This document shows, piece after piece, positions 17,798 to 27,500 of a DNA stretch of 36,609 nucleotides (positions are counted from its first letter, which is position 1; each line of letters begins with the position of its first letter). Origin of the DNA: an uncultured Clostridia bacterium (GTDB taxonomy: Bacteria; Bacillota; Clostridia; Oscillospirales; CAG-272); contig CANQMJ010000003.1 of assembly GCA_947624945.1 (NCBI GenBank), forward strand, positions 1 to 36,609. The letters run 5' to 3'. The notes below the pieces were generated by a model, which saw only the letters and a list, made by a program, of their open reading frames with translations, was not told where the DNA came from and made no database searches. A program made the translations under genes and the position numbers.

Positions 17798-18952
17798 TTA
17801 TCTGCCGCCGACGGTTATCTCGCCGTCGGTGAAATTCTTTACCGATGAGGTTTTCTCGTAGAAATGACGCACATTCGCCATTATGCCGTCCGTCGTGTAG
17901 AAAGGATCGTCCTTCGCGAGCGGCAGCGACACCGAGCGCGCCTCAAATCCCGACTTATAAATGGACGTGATGATCTCTATCGTTCTGCGTCCGCTTACGC
18001 CGTCGATGAACGGGCGTCCGCCTGTCTCGACCGCGCGCATCACGTCGTCGAGCTCCGCCGTGTGCCCCGTGTACGGCAGCTTCGGTATAGAGGCTTCGAA
18101 TGCATTGAGTTCGCTTTCAAGCTCCGTATTGCGTATCGGGAAACCGTTTTCGCGCGATGTCGACGCATATGTGCTCCACGGCGCCGAAACCTTCGCCTTT
18201 TCGCACTGCATCACGACCTTCTGCTCCTCTCCGTGATGTATAACGGAGCTCGTCACCTGCGCGACAGTCCCGCCCGCATACTGCATCGCCGCAATCGAAA
18301 TGTCCTCGACCTCGGCGTTGTCGTGCGCCGCGTTCGACAGCACCGCCGTCACCTTCTCGGGCGTACCGAGCATCCAGCCAAGCATGTCAATGTGATGGAC
18401 CGCATGGTTTAGCGTGCATCCGCCGCCCTCCGTCGACCACGCGCCGCGCCACCACAGATCGTAGTAGCAGTGTCCGCGCCACCAGTACGAATCGACCTCC
18501 GCGTGAAGGACGCGTCCGACGAGTCCCGAATCGAGCACCTTTTTGAGCCGCCAATACGGGTCGGTGAATCTGTTTTGCGCGATGACAGCGAGCATCTTGC
18601 CGCTCTCGCGCTCAGCTTCGAGCATACGGTCGCATTCCTCGAGCGACGCCGCCATCGGCTTTTCGACGACGACATTCTTACCCGCACGCAGGCAGTTTAT
18701 CGCAAGCTCCGCATGCGTGAACGGCGGCGTGCAGACGCTCACAAGGTCGATCTCGGGACACTCCGCGAGCATTTTCTCGTGAGAATCGAATATTTTGGCG
18801 CCGTCAAGTCCGAAATGCGCTTTCTTAGCCTCCGCCTTTTCGGGATAGATGTCGCAAAGCGCGACGATTCGGCAGCGCTCCGGGAAACGGAGATAGCCAT
18901 CGATGTGCGCGGGCGCGATATTGCCCGTGCCGATAACTGCGATGTTCAGCAT
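17798..18952 (-). CDS. Gfo/Idh/MocA family oxidoreductase
   Basis: IAVIGTGNIA, VCTPPFTH, VEKPMA, QNRF, GGGCTLNHAVHHID. SD aaggag. Confidence 0.93.
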   Translation of the reverse strand: MLNIAVIGTGNIAPAHIDGYLRFPERCRIVALCDIYPEKAEAKKAHFGLDGAKIFDSHEKMLAECPEIDLVSVCTPPFTHAELAINCLRAGKNVVVEKPMAASLEECDRMLEAERESGKMLAVIAQNRFTDPYWRLKKVLDSGLVGRVLHAEVDSYWWRGHCYYDLWWRGAWSTEGGGCTLNHAVHHIDMLGWMLGTPEKVTAVLSNAAHDNAEVEDISIAAMQYAGGTVAQVTSSVIHHGEEQKVVMQCEKAKVSAPWSTYASTSRENGFPIRNTELESELNAFEASIPKLPYTGHTAELDDVMRAVETGGRPFIDGVSGRRTIEIITSIYKSGFEARSVSLPLAKDDPFYTTDGIMANVRHFYEKTSSVKNFTDGEITVGGR

Positions 18953-19015
18953 GTTTTCTCCTTTTGTACGAATTAAAGATAATTGTTGTACTTAGATTTT
19001 ATTTACACAAACTTG

Positions 19016-19504
19016 TCACGCGCGGCGCGCCGTAAGATCCGATACCCCTGCGTCGAGGTACCGCAAAAGCGCTTCTGTCGGCACTCTCATCTGATGTCCC
19101 CGCATACCTGCGCTGACGTATATCTCATCGAACAGCTCAGCCGTTTCGTCGACGTACGTCGGAAATTTCTTCTTCATCCCGACCGGCGAGCACCCGCCGC
19201 GTATGTAACCCGTCACGGGCAAAAGTTCCTTTACATGTATGAGTGCGACGCTCTTGCAGCCTGCGGCATGCGCGCACTTTTTGAGGTCGAGCTCCTCCGC
19301 CACGGGTATGCAGAACACGAGATACTCGCCGCGTTCACTCTTGCCGACGAGCGTCTTGAACATCATATCGGGGTCGATGCCGCTCACCTCGGCGGCATGT
19401 ACGCCCGAAAGATCGTCCTCGTCGACCTCGTATTCGACAGTCTCATACGCAATACCAGCAGAGTCCAGCATCCGCTGCGCGTTCGTTTTAGTCGTTTTAG
19501 CCAT
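19016..19504 (-). CDS. ybaK: Cys-tRNA(Pro) deacylase YbaK
   Basis: KTNAQRMLD, FKTLV, LDLKK, TGYIRGGCSPVGMKK, VSAGMRG. Upstream TTGCAA-N17-TAGAAT promoter-like sequence. Confidence 0.93.
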   Translation of the reverse strand: MAKTTKTNAQRMLDSAGIAYETVEYEVDEDDLSGVHAAEVSGIDPDMMFKTLVGKSERGEYLVFCIPVAEELDLKKCAHAAGCKSVALIHVKELLPVTGYIRGGCSPVGMKKKFPTYVDETAELFDEIYVSAGMRGHQMRVPTEALLRYLDAGVSDLTARRA

Positions 19505-19608
19505 ATCAGAATCGGCGTTTTGCGCCGCCTTTCTCTTTGTCCAAATCAAAGACTCACGCGTACGCTCATATTCTACCACATTATCAGCGCATTTGCAAGT
19601 ACAATATC

Positions 19609-20490
19609 TTATTCTCTCGAAACCGTTATGGTGTATTTGTTCGCGCCGATGTAAAATCCGTCCGCATCGAACTCGTCCGCGCCGCTGTATACAAACGCAG
19701 TCAAAAGTATGCTCTCCACATCGTAGCATCCGTCGCGCAGCGTTATCTTTATCATCACGTTTTTCGTGTCGTCGTAGTTAGTCTTTTCCGTGATATGACT
19801 GTACCACGAATCGTGCGCGTGCGCGACGCAGTCGTATAGGTAAAGCTCAAAATACTTCTCCGCCTTGAACGTGTCTGACGGCGACAGCACCGTTATCCTC
19901 TCAGACGGTCCGCCGGACTTTTTTACTATTTCAAGCTCGAATCCGATCTTATACGAATCGTCGAGTCCGCACGACTCCCATCTGTCGACCCACGTCTTGT
20001 CCCAGTATGAGAAATCTATCTTTTCCTCTTCCGACGTGAACACGGCGAAATAGTCGATGTCGCATATAAGGTTTTCACGGTCCTTGTACGTCCATGTGTC
20101 AAGTTTCCACAGCTTGTCTCTGTCCGACTCCGGCCAAATGCTTTTATACTCCGTCAAAAGGCGGCACGTTTTGCCGTCCTTTTTGTATATGCCGACAGGT
20201 ATCGTCTGCACTGGCGCCGGCTCCGTTTCGGGTATCGTCGTCACATCGCTCGACTCCGCCGCAGTCACATATGCGCCTGATGTGTCCGACGCGCTCGCCT
20301 CCGTTATCACACCGTCGCTCGACGACACATCGGGCATCGCATCGCTCTCTGTATCGGGCACGGCGTCCGCGCCGCTTCCGGCGGTTTCCATTCGCTCGCC
20401 GTGATCCGACATCACCGACGACATTATTATCGCGACAGCCGCGAACACGGCGGCGACTGTAAGTATAGGTATTATTTTCGCGTATTTCAT
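19609..20490 (-). CDS. Secreted or membrane-anchored hypothetical protein
   Basis: Signal/TM segment, S/T/D/A-rich linker, then a globular aromatic-rich domain (YLYDC..HAHDSWYSH). Host-like codons. Confidence 0.8.
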   Translation of the reverse strand: MKYAKIIPILTVAAVFAAVAIIMSSVMSDHGERMETAGSGADAVPDTESDAMPDVSSSDGVITEASASDTSGAYVTAAESSDVTTIPETEPAPVQTIPVGIYKKDGKTCRLLTEYKSIWPESDRDKLWKLDTWTYKDRENLICDIDYFAVFTSEEEKIDFSYWDKTWVDRWESCGLDDSYKIGFELEIVKKSGGPSERITVLSPSDTFKAEKYFELYLYDCVAHAHDSWYSHITEKTNYDDTKNVMIKITLRDGCYDVESILLTAFVYSGADEFDADGFYIGANKYTITVSRE

Positions 20491-20496
20491 GATTTG

Positions 20497-20526
20497 AGTA
20501 TATCACGGCGCCGCATATTTTGTCAA
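20497..20526 (-). promoter_or_regulatory. sigmaA promoter predicted to give a leaderless mRNA
   Basis: TTGACA-N18-TATACT (TGn extended) ending 6 nt before ATG 20490. No SD. Confidence 0.7.
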
Positions 20527-20558
20527 CAAAAAATCGGGGACGGCTTTGCCGTCCCCGA
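20525..20558 (-). terminator. Intrinsic terminator of the lipoprotein gene
   Basis: tcggggacggc-aaa-gccgtccccga followed by ttttttgtt on the minus strand. Confidence 0.88.
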
Positions 20559-20574
20559 CCGGTACAATATTAAA

Positions 20575-21126
20575 TCACTGTTCTGCGGTAGCCTGATCTT
20601 CAGCAAGTTCGCCCTGGATATCGACATTATCCTCGGAGCTTGCCGCCGTCAGAATGAATTCGACCTTGTCGCCATCCTTGACGTAGTTCGTGGACATACG
20701 GCCGCCCGTCGGCTCAACGCCGTTGATCGTGTAGGTCCAGAAGAACACGAGGACTTCTCCGTTGACACTTCTTGTGAAGCCGCTGTACGTCTTCAGAGTT
20801 TCCATCGAGGTCTCTTCCTCGTTCGTGAGGCAGTCGAGACCGTGGTTAGCGCACGCCTCCTGAATAGCGCGCAGAGCGCTGATCTGCTCGCCCTCGTTGT
20901 ACTCTATCTCGATCTCAACGTCGTTCAAGAGTATGCGGTCGTTGGCGGGGATCGTATAGCTCTCGTCGTCGGCATGCTCAACGTCAAGCATGTAGTCGAT
21001 ATAGTCCTGACCGAGTCTTGCACCGACTGTAACGGTCATTTTTTCTCCGCCGCAGCCTGCCATCATGGGGATCATCATAACTGCGACAAGCGCAAACAGG
21101 ATCAGTTTGATCGTTCTCTTTTTCAT
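20575..21126 (-). CDS. Lipoprotein with DUF4430-like (transcobalamin-like C-terminal) domain
   Basis: Lipobox MAG-C. C-terminal FWTYTINGVEP...YVKDGDKVEF. SD ggaggg. Confidence 0.7.
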   Translation of the reverse strand: MKKRTIKLILFALVAVMMIPMMAGCGGEKMTVTVGARLGQDYIDYMLDVEHADDESYTIPANDRILLNDVEIEIEYNEGEQISALRAIQEACANHGLDCLTNEEETSMETLKTYSGFTRSVNGEVLVFFWTYTINGVEPTGGRMSTNYVKDGDKVEFILTAASSEDNVDIQGELAEDQATAEQ

Positions 21127-21172
21127 GGTTTTATAACCCCTCCGAAATAAAATTGAAGATTTCGTTATTTTT

Positions 21173-21201
21173 AGTATAGTACAAAATCACAGCCGTGTCA
21201 A
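21173..21201 (-). promoter_or_regulatory. sigmaA promoter
   Basis: TTGACA-N17-TATACT on the minus strand. Confidence 0.8.
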
Positions 21202-21253
21202 CAGTTTTTTCGCTTTTTTCATATCTGTTGCACAATAATTCTAAAACTCACAC

Positions 21254-24004
21254 TTATCCGCCACCGGCAGCGTCGCCTCCGTCCGGCGGCGCGTCATCGC
21301 CGACCGGCGGTCCCTCCACCTGCGGCGACGTATCGGCGGGCTGCGTCGGCGGCACAGTCTCGGGCGGTACCGTCGGCGGCGCAGTCTCGGGCGGCTGCGT
21401 CTCGCCCGCGCCGAAATACGACGTGTCTATGCCGGACGAATGTGCAAAATCGTAATGCTCGAAGCAGAATCTGTTAAACGGTGTGCTCTTGCCAGACGTG
21501 CCGCTGTACATGCCTTCGGGCAGCATGTTGTTGTAGAACGGCACACCTCCGCTGCCCGCGGGCTTGACGTTCGACGGCAGCGCGCGCCATGTATACTGCG
21601 CGTCCGTCACCTTTACATTCGTCGGGAACACCCTGTTCTCGACGCGTATGAGCCCGTACTGCACTATATTTTCACCCTTGCAGTACTGACTTGCGACCGC
21701 TTTCGTCGTCTTGTCGTAGTTGACGAGCACATGCGTGTCGCACGGCTCCGTCGGCGCCGTATCGGCGGTGAAATATCCCGTCTGCGCGCGGCTTCCGCGC
21801 GGGTCGTGCTCGCACGCGTCGGTCATCAGCTTGCCCGAATCCATGCAGTACGTGACCTTTACAAGTCCAGGCGCGTCCTCGAACTCCTTGAGCGGTGTGA
21901 TTCCGGCAGCGTCCGCCGATATGAGGTCGCTGTGTATCTCCGTCATGACGCTGTCCCATATCGTCATAGCCGGGTTGACCGAGAACTGCGACAGCGTCTG
22001 GTTGAGATCGTAGCCGAACCACACGCCGCACAGATAATACGGAGAGTAACCGATGAACCAGCGGTCATAGTCCGCGTTCGTCGTACCCGTCTTTCCCGCG
22101 ACGTCAAGCGAATCCTTTATCGTTATCTTGCGTCCCGTACCTGAGTCGATGACGGCCTCCATCAGCTTCGTCATTATCGACGCCGTCTGCTCGCTTATGA
22201 CGACCTCGCTCGGCTTCTCCGTCGTCAATATGACGTTGCCCTCCTGGTCGGTCACGTTAAGGTACGTGCGCGAATAATTGTATACGCCCTTATTCGCGAA
22301 TATCTGATACGCCGTCGTTATCTCGCGCACCGTGATGCCGAGCGTGAACTGACCGAGCGCGAGCGGCGCTCTGTCTCTGTCCGTCAGGATATTGCCCGCC
22401 GCCGTCTCGTAGCTGTCGAGCACCGACTCCATATGAACCTTATCGTGCAGGAACGAGAACGACTCGTCGATGCCCAAAAGGCCGAGCGTCCGCATCGATA
22501 TCGTGTTCGTCGACTTGCGCAGCGCGTCGTATACGGTCGTGAGCCCCTCGTATTTATTCGTCGAGTTTATCGGGTACGTGCGGTACGTGCCGTCGTCGCG
22601 AAGCGTAAAGTCGATAGGCACGTCGTCCTGCACGGTCGCCCAGTTGATGATGCCTTTGTCGATAGCGGGTCCGTACACGGACAGCGGCTTTATCGAGGAG
22701 CCGCTCGGACGCAGCGACTGCGTCGCGCGGTTAAGTCCGCGGCTCTGCGTTTTCTCTCCCCTGCCGCCGACGAGGGCGAGTATATCGCCCGTCTTAGGGT
22801 CGATTATCATCGCCGCTGACTGCGGCTTCAGTCCCGTCTCATCTTCGGGGAAATACGAGTCGTCGAGATATATATTCTCGAGCGTTTCCTGGAGCGCCGG
22901 GTCCATGACGGTGTAGATGTTCCACCCCGACGTATATATCAGTATGCTTGCGAGCTCGCGCGATACGCCGTACTGCTCCACATAGTCGTTTATAACGTCC
23001 TCGATGACGGCGTCCGTATACCACGACGTGACGCTCGTAAGCCCCGACGAACGCGATATATTGAGGTCGAGGTCGGCGTAGTACGCCTCGTCGTATTCCG
23101 CGCGCGTTATGGAGCCGAGCTCGAGCATCTTGTCGAGCACGTCGCGCCGACGCTCCGCGTTATATTCGGGGTGGCGGAGCGGGTCATACTTGTACGGCGA
23201 CTTCGGTATCGCCGCGAGCGCCGCGCACTCAATGAGCGACAGCTCGCTGACGTCCTTGCTGAAATACGTGTGCGCCGCGCTCTGCACGCCCGTGCAGTTC
23301 TGCGACAGCGGTATCATGTTCAGATACATCGTGATTATTTCGTATTTGCTGTGCCTGCTTTCGAGGTTGAGCGCACGCAGGACCTCCTGCACCTTTCGCT
23401 GTATCGTGAAGTCGTCGTCGCCCGTCGCGTTTTTGACGACCTGCTGCGTTATCGTCGAGCCTCCGAACGTCGCTTTGATGTGCAGCACCTGATTGGCCGC
23501 GGCCGCTGCCGTGCGGAACCAGTCGACGCCCGGATGGCTCCAGAAGCGCTGGTCCTCGATCGCGACAACGGCGTCGACGAGATCCTGCGGGAACTGACTG
23601 TAGTCCGCCCATATGCTGTACTCCGAGCCGACAAGCACCTGACCTTCTATTTCAACGGGCTCGCCTATCCTGTTTTCGCGGTCCTCATAGTCCATGTAGT
23701 AAAGCTGCGACGTCGTATCCGACTGAACGACTATCAGGTTGTCGTCGAACACGGGGTCGATGTAGTTTTTTACATAGATAGCGAATGCGGTGACGACGAT
23801 TATACCCGTTATGCCGCAGATAAGAAGTATCGTTATTATTATGTCGAGGATAACGGCAAGGACTGTGTATATGACGCGCCCGACGATGCTGAGCGCCGTT
23901 ATAAGCTCGTCGCCGAGATGTACGTTCCCGTATGCGCCCTCGATATACGAGACGAATCTGTCGCGCGCGCGTCCGAGAGCAGTCGTGAATTTATTGTTCG
24001 TCAT
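21254..24004 (-). CDS. Class A penicillin-binding protein (PBP1A family; transglycosylase plus transpeptidase)
   Basis: EDQRFWSHPGVD, GGSTITQQVVKN, RKVQE, YLN, GSSIKP (SxxK), STN, KTGT. Cys-containing C-terminal domain and a Pro-rich tail. Confidence 0.95.
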   Translation of the reverse strand: MTNNKFTTALGRARDRFVSYIEGAYGNVHLGDELITALSIVGRVIYTVLAVILDIIITILLICGITGIIVVTAFAIYVKNYIDPVFDDNLIVVQSDTTSQLYYMDYEDRENRIGEPVEIEGQVLVGSEYSIWADYSQFPQDLVDAVVAIEDQRFWSHPGVDWFRTAAAAANQVLHIKATFGGSTITQQVVKNATGDDDFTIQRKVQEVLRALNLESRHSKYEIITMYLNMIPLSQNCTGVQSAAHTYFSKDVSELSLIECAALAAIPKSPYKYDPLRHPEYNAERRRDVLDKMLELGSITRAEYDEAYYADLDLNISRSSGLTSVTSWYTDAVIEDVINDYVEQYGVSRELASILIYTSGWNIYTVMDPALQETLENIYLDDSYFPEDETGLKPQSAAMIIDPKTGDILALVGGRGEKTQSRGLNRATQSLRPSGSSIKPLSVYGPAIDKGIINWATVQDDVPIDFTLRDDGTYRTYPINSTNKYEGLTTVYDALRKSTNTISMRTLGLLGIDESFSFLHDKVHMESVLDSYETAAGNILTDRDRAPLALGQFTLGITVREITTAYQIFANKGVYNYSRTYLNVTDQEGNVILTTEKPSEVVISEQTASIMTKLMEAVIDSGTGRKITIKDSLDVAGKTGTTNADYDRWFIGYSPYYLCGVWFGYDLNQTLSQFSVNPAMTIWDSVMTEIHSDLISADAAGITPLKEFEDAPGLVKVTYCMDSGKLMTDACEHDPRGSRAQTGYFTADTAPTEPCDTHVLVNYDKTTKAVASQYCKGENIVQYGLIRVENRVFPTNVKVTDAQYTWRALPSNVKPAGSGGVPFYNNMLPEGMYSGTSGKSTPFNRFCFEHYDFAHSSGIDTSYFGAGETQPPETAPPTVPPETVPPTQPADTSPQVEGPPVGDDAPPDGGDAAGGG

Positions 24005-24142
24005 GCGCCGTTCGCTCCTCCTTTCAGGTCAAATGTGTGTATATGCATATTATACACCGAATTTATGAACAATTTGTGACAGAACGGGATTATTTTCAAA
24101 AATCGGGCAAAAATATTTTCGAATACTTTTTCCGAGGTGCAT

Positions 24143-24529
24143 ATGAAAAAACTTTTGCTTCTGACCGTCCTTATAATACTGGCTGCGTCCTTCGCCCCGC
24201 CGCGAACCGAAAAGATCACCGCCGCCGTCAAATCGTCGGGCACAACGAACACTGACGCGACCGAGACAGCCGTGCCGTCTGTGCCGTCCGACGACGCCGA
24301 CATATACCGCGACGCGCTCGAGGTGATCGCCTCTGTCGACGCCGACACATTCCTCGTGCGCGAGCACGGCGGAAAGATCGGCGTCTTTGCCGACGGATGC
24401 GACTCCCCCGTCTACACCGTCGACGTGTTCGTTTTCACGCTTCCCGAGGATATTCAAAAGCTGCTTTTTGCCGGAATCGAGTGCGATCTTGAGACGCTCG
24501 AGCTACTCTGCGACGCCGTCACGTCGTGA
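24143..24529 (+). CDS. Small exported protein with BofC C-terminal-like domain
   Basis: Signal peptide MKKLLLL, then FLVREHGGKIGVF...DVFVFTLPEDIQKLLFAGI. SD gaggtg. Confidence 0.68.
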   Translation: MKKLLLLTVLIILAASFAPPRTEKITAAVKSSGTTNTDATETAVPSVPSDDADIYRDALEVIASVDADTFLVREHGGKIGVFADGCDSPVYTVDVFVFTLPEDIQKLLFAGIECDLETLELLCDAVTS

Positions 24530-27500
24530 CTGTTTCGCAACGACGTTTTCTTCGCCGAGAACGCGGCAAAGCTCCGATAACAGCCGCGGCTCAGTCGTGT
24601 CCGCGCCCGCGTGAAAACGCGTATATTTGCCCACAGACGAATCGAAAATGAACACGGGCACATAGCCGCAGAATATCTCTACGAGCGCGCACGCGCGCTT
24701 ATATTCGACGCTCGACGTGCTCGGGACACGCAGATACAGCTTTGACACGAATGCGTTCGCCGCCTGCGGACGCTGCATCGTCTGCGGATTTGCTTTCACT
24801 TTATCTGTCGACGCGGAGACGAGCATCGCCGCGTGATTCAAAAGTATCTTCGGCGCTTTGTCGTCCTCGACCGAGACCTCGCCCGACACCGTTATCGGTG
24901 CGTCCGACATTATCACGTCCATGTATTCGTGCAGCATGCGCGGGAACACGACGACCTCTATCTCGCCCGTTTTATCCTGGAGCACAAGGAACATCATCTG
25001 CTCGCCGCGCCGCGTCTGCTTCGGCGTTCGCTTCGTTATTATCCCTATCAGCGTGACCTTTTCGCCGTCGCGGCTGCGTGCATCATCGCCGCCGTTCTCT
25101 TCCCCGCCGTCGTCATTTTCGTCGACTGCGCCGTTTCCGCCGCCCGATACCGCCGCTATCGGCTCATGCTCGACAGCCTCGCATTCCTTTTCGTAGTCGT
25201 CGAGTATGTGACCCGAAAAGTACATGCCCGACACTTCCTTTTCGAGTTCGAGCAGCTTCGCGCGCGGCAGCTCCGGCACATCGGGGTATACGAATTCGGG
25301 CGCCGCCGTTCCCTCGGACCTTGATGCGGCAAACATATCGAGCTGTCCCGACACGCCTCTGCGCTGTTTGTCGTGTACGCCGTCGATTATCTCCTCATAC
25401 GACAGAAGAAGCTGCGACCGCTTCTGACCGAGCATGTCGAACGCGCCGCTTTTGATGAGCGCCTCTACCTGACGCTTGTTCATGTCGTGCTCCGCCATGC
25501 GTTCCGCAAAATCCGAGAACGATTTGAACGGTCCGTTTTCGGTGCGTTCGCGCACTATCTCGTCTATGAACTGCCTGCCGAGACCCTTGAGCGCGGCGAG
25601 TCCGTACCTTATGCCGTAATCTCCGACAGTGTAATCGGCGCGGCTCTCGTTAATATTCGGCGGCACGACCGCGATACCGCTCCTTTCACATTCGGCGATA
25701 TATTCCGCCGTCGACGACTCCCAGCCGAGCACCGAGTCAAGGAGCGACGCGAAATACTCCTTTTTGTAATGGCGCTTCAGATACGCCGTCTCATACGCGA
25801 CGACCGCATACGCCGCCGCGTGGCTCTTGTTGAACGCGTAGCTCGAAAACGACGCCATGTCGTCGAACAGCCCGTTCGCTTCCTCGCGCGTCATGCCGCG
25901 CTCGACGGCGCCGTCAATGAAGCTGCCGCGCTCCGCCTCGAGCTCGGCGGCTTTTTTCTTTTTCATCGCATGAAGCACCGTGTCTGCGCGGGCGAGCGAA
26001 TATCCCGCGACGTCGCGGAATATCTGCATGACCTGCTCCTGATACACGATGCAGCCGTACGTCTCGCGCAATATCTCGACGAGCGCCGGATGCGTGTATT
26101 TGAGCGTCCCCTCGCCGTGACGGCGCTGCACATACTGCGGTATGCTGTCCATCGGTCCGGGGCGGAACAGCGCTATCGCGGCGATTATATCGGAGAGATA
26201 TTCCGGCGACAGCTCCGTCAGCGTGCGCTTCATTCCGGGACTTTCGAGCTGGAATACTCCGTTCGTGTCGCCGGACGCTATCATCTTCATAGTGTCAGCG
26301 TCGTCCTTCGGTATGAGCGCGATATCGAAATCAGGTTCGCGCTCCTTTATCCTCCGCACGGCGTTATACACGACCGTGATATATCGCAGCGCGAGAAAGT
26401 CGAATTTGACGAGTCCCACGAGCGCCGCCGTGTCCATATCGAACTGCGTGACGACGATGCCGCCGTTGACCGACAGCGGAACGATGTCGTATAACAGCTC
26501 GCCCGTGATAACGACGCCCGCAGCGTGCGTCGACGCATGGCGCGGCATGCCCTCTATCGCCGTCGCCGTGTCGATGAGCTTTTTCACCTGCTGTGAATTG
26601 TCGTAAAGCTCGCGCAGCTCCGCTTCCTTCATCGCGTCGGCGAGCGTCACGCCGAGCGTACGCGGAATGAGCCGCGCCACACGGTCGACGTCGCCGTACG
26701 CCATACCAAGCGCACGCCCGACGTCGCGCACGGCGGCGCGCGCCGCCATCGTACCGAACGTGATTATCTGCGCGACGTGGTCGCGCCCGTATTTTTCGCG
26801 CACATATTCTATTACCTCGTCGCGCCTGTCGTAGCAGAAATCGACGTCGAAATCCGGCATGCTCTTGCGCTCCGGGTTGAGGAACCGCTCAAACAGAAGC
26901 CCGAACCGCAGCGGGTCGATGTCCGTTATCCCGATGAGATACGCGACAAGACTGCCCGCGCCGCTGCCGCGTCCAGGTCCGACCGGTATATCTCGCCCCT
27001 TCGCGAACGCGATAAAATCGGCGACGATGAGATAGTATTCGCTGTATCCCATGCCGGATATGACCGACAGCTCATACTCGACGCGGCTCCTATAATCGCT
27101 CTCCGTGTACGTTTCGTCGTATACGATGTGACCGCGCCCGACTCGCTCGTGCAGACCCGCCCACGTCTTGTCGGTGAGGAACTTCGTCGGGTCGACCCCG
27201 TTCGTGAACGGAAAACGCGGCATATACAGCTTGTCGAATTTCATCTCGAGCGAGCACATCTCCGCTATCTTCACCGTGTTCGATATCGGACTGCCGCCGT
27301 CGATGCCGCCGAACAATCGCTCCATCTCCGCCGTCGACTTATAGTAAAACTCGTCCGTGTCAAATCCGAGCGGTCTGCCGTCCGTTATGACGCTGTTAGT
27401 ACCGATGCACGTCAGGATCGCCTGCGTGTCGGCGTCGGCACGGCGCGGATAGTGAACGTCGTTTGTCGCGGCAAGCGGTATGCCTGTCCGCTTAGCGATG

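Noticed and set aside
19505-19729. N-terminal extensions of ybaK (and similarly cysK, the VTC gene, the peptidase and nadK) in the ORF track
   Set aside because: They cross promoters or neighbouring genes. Family homology begins at the downstream starts used.
21300-21410. Short GC-rich repeats at the PBP 3' end
   Set aside because: They encode an ordinary Pro/Thr/Glu low-complexity tail (PPET repeats) and are not a DNA element.
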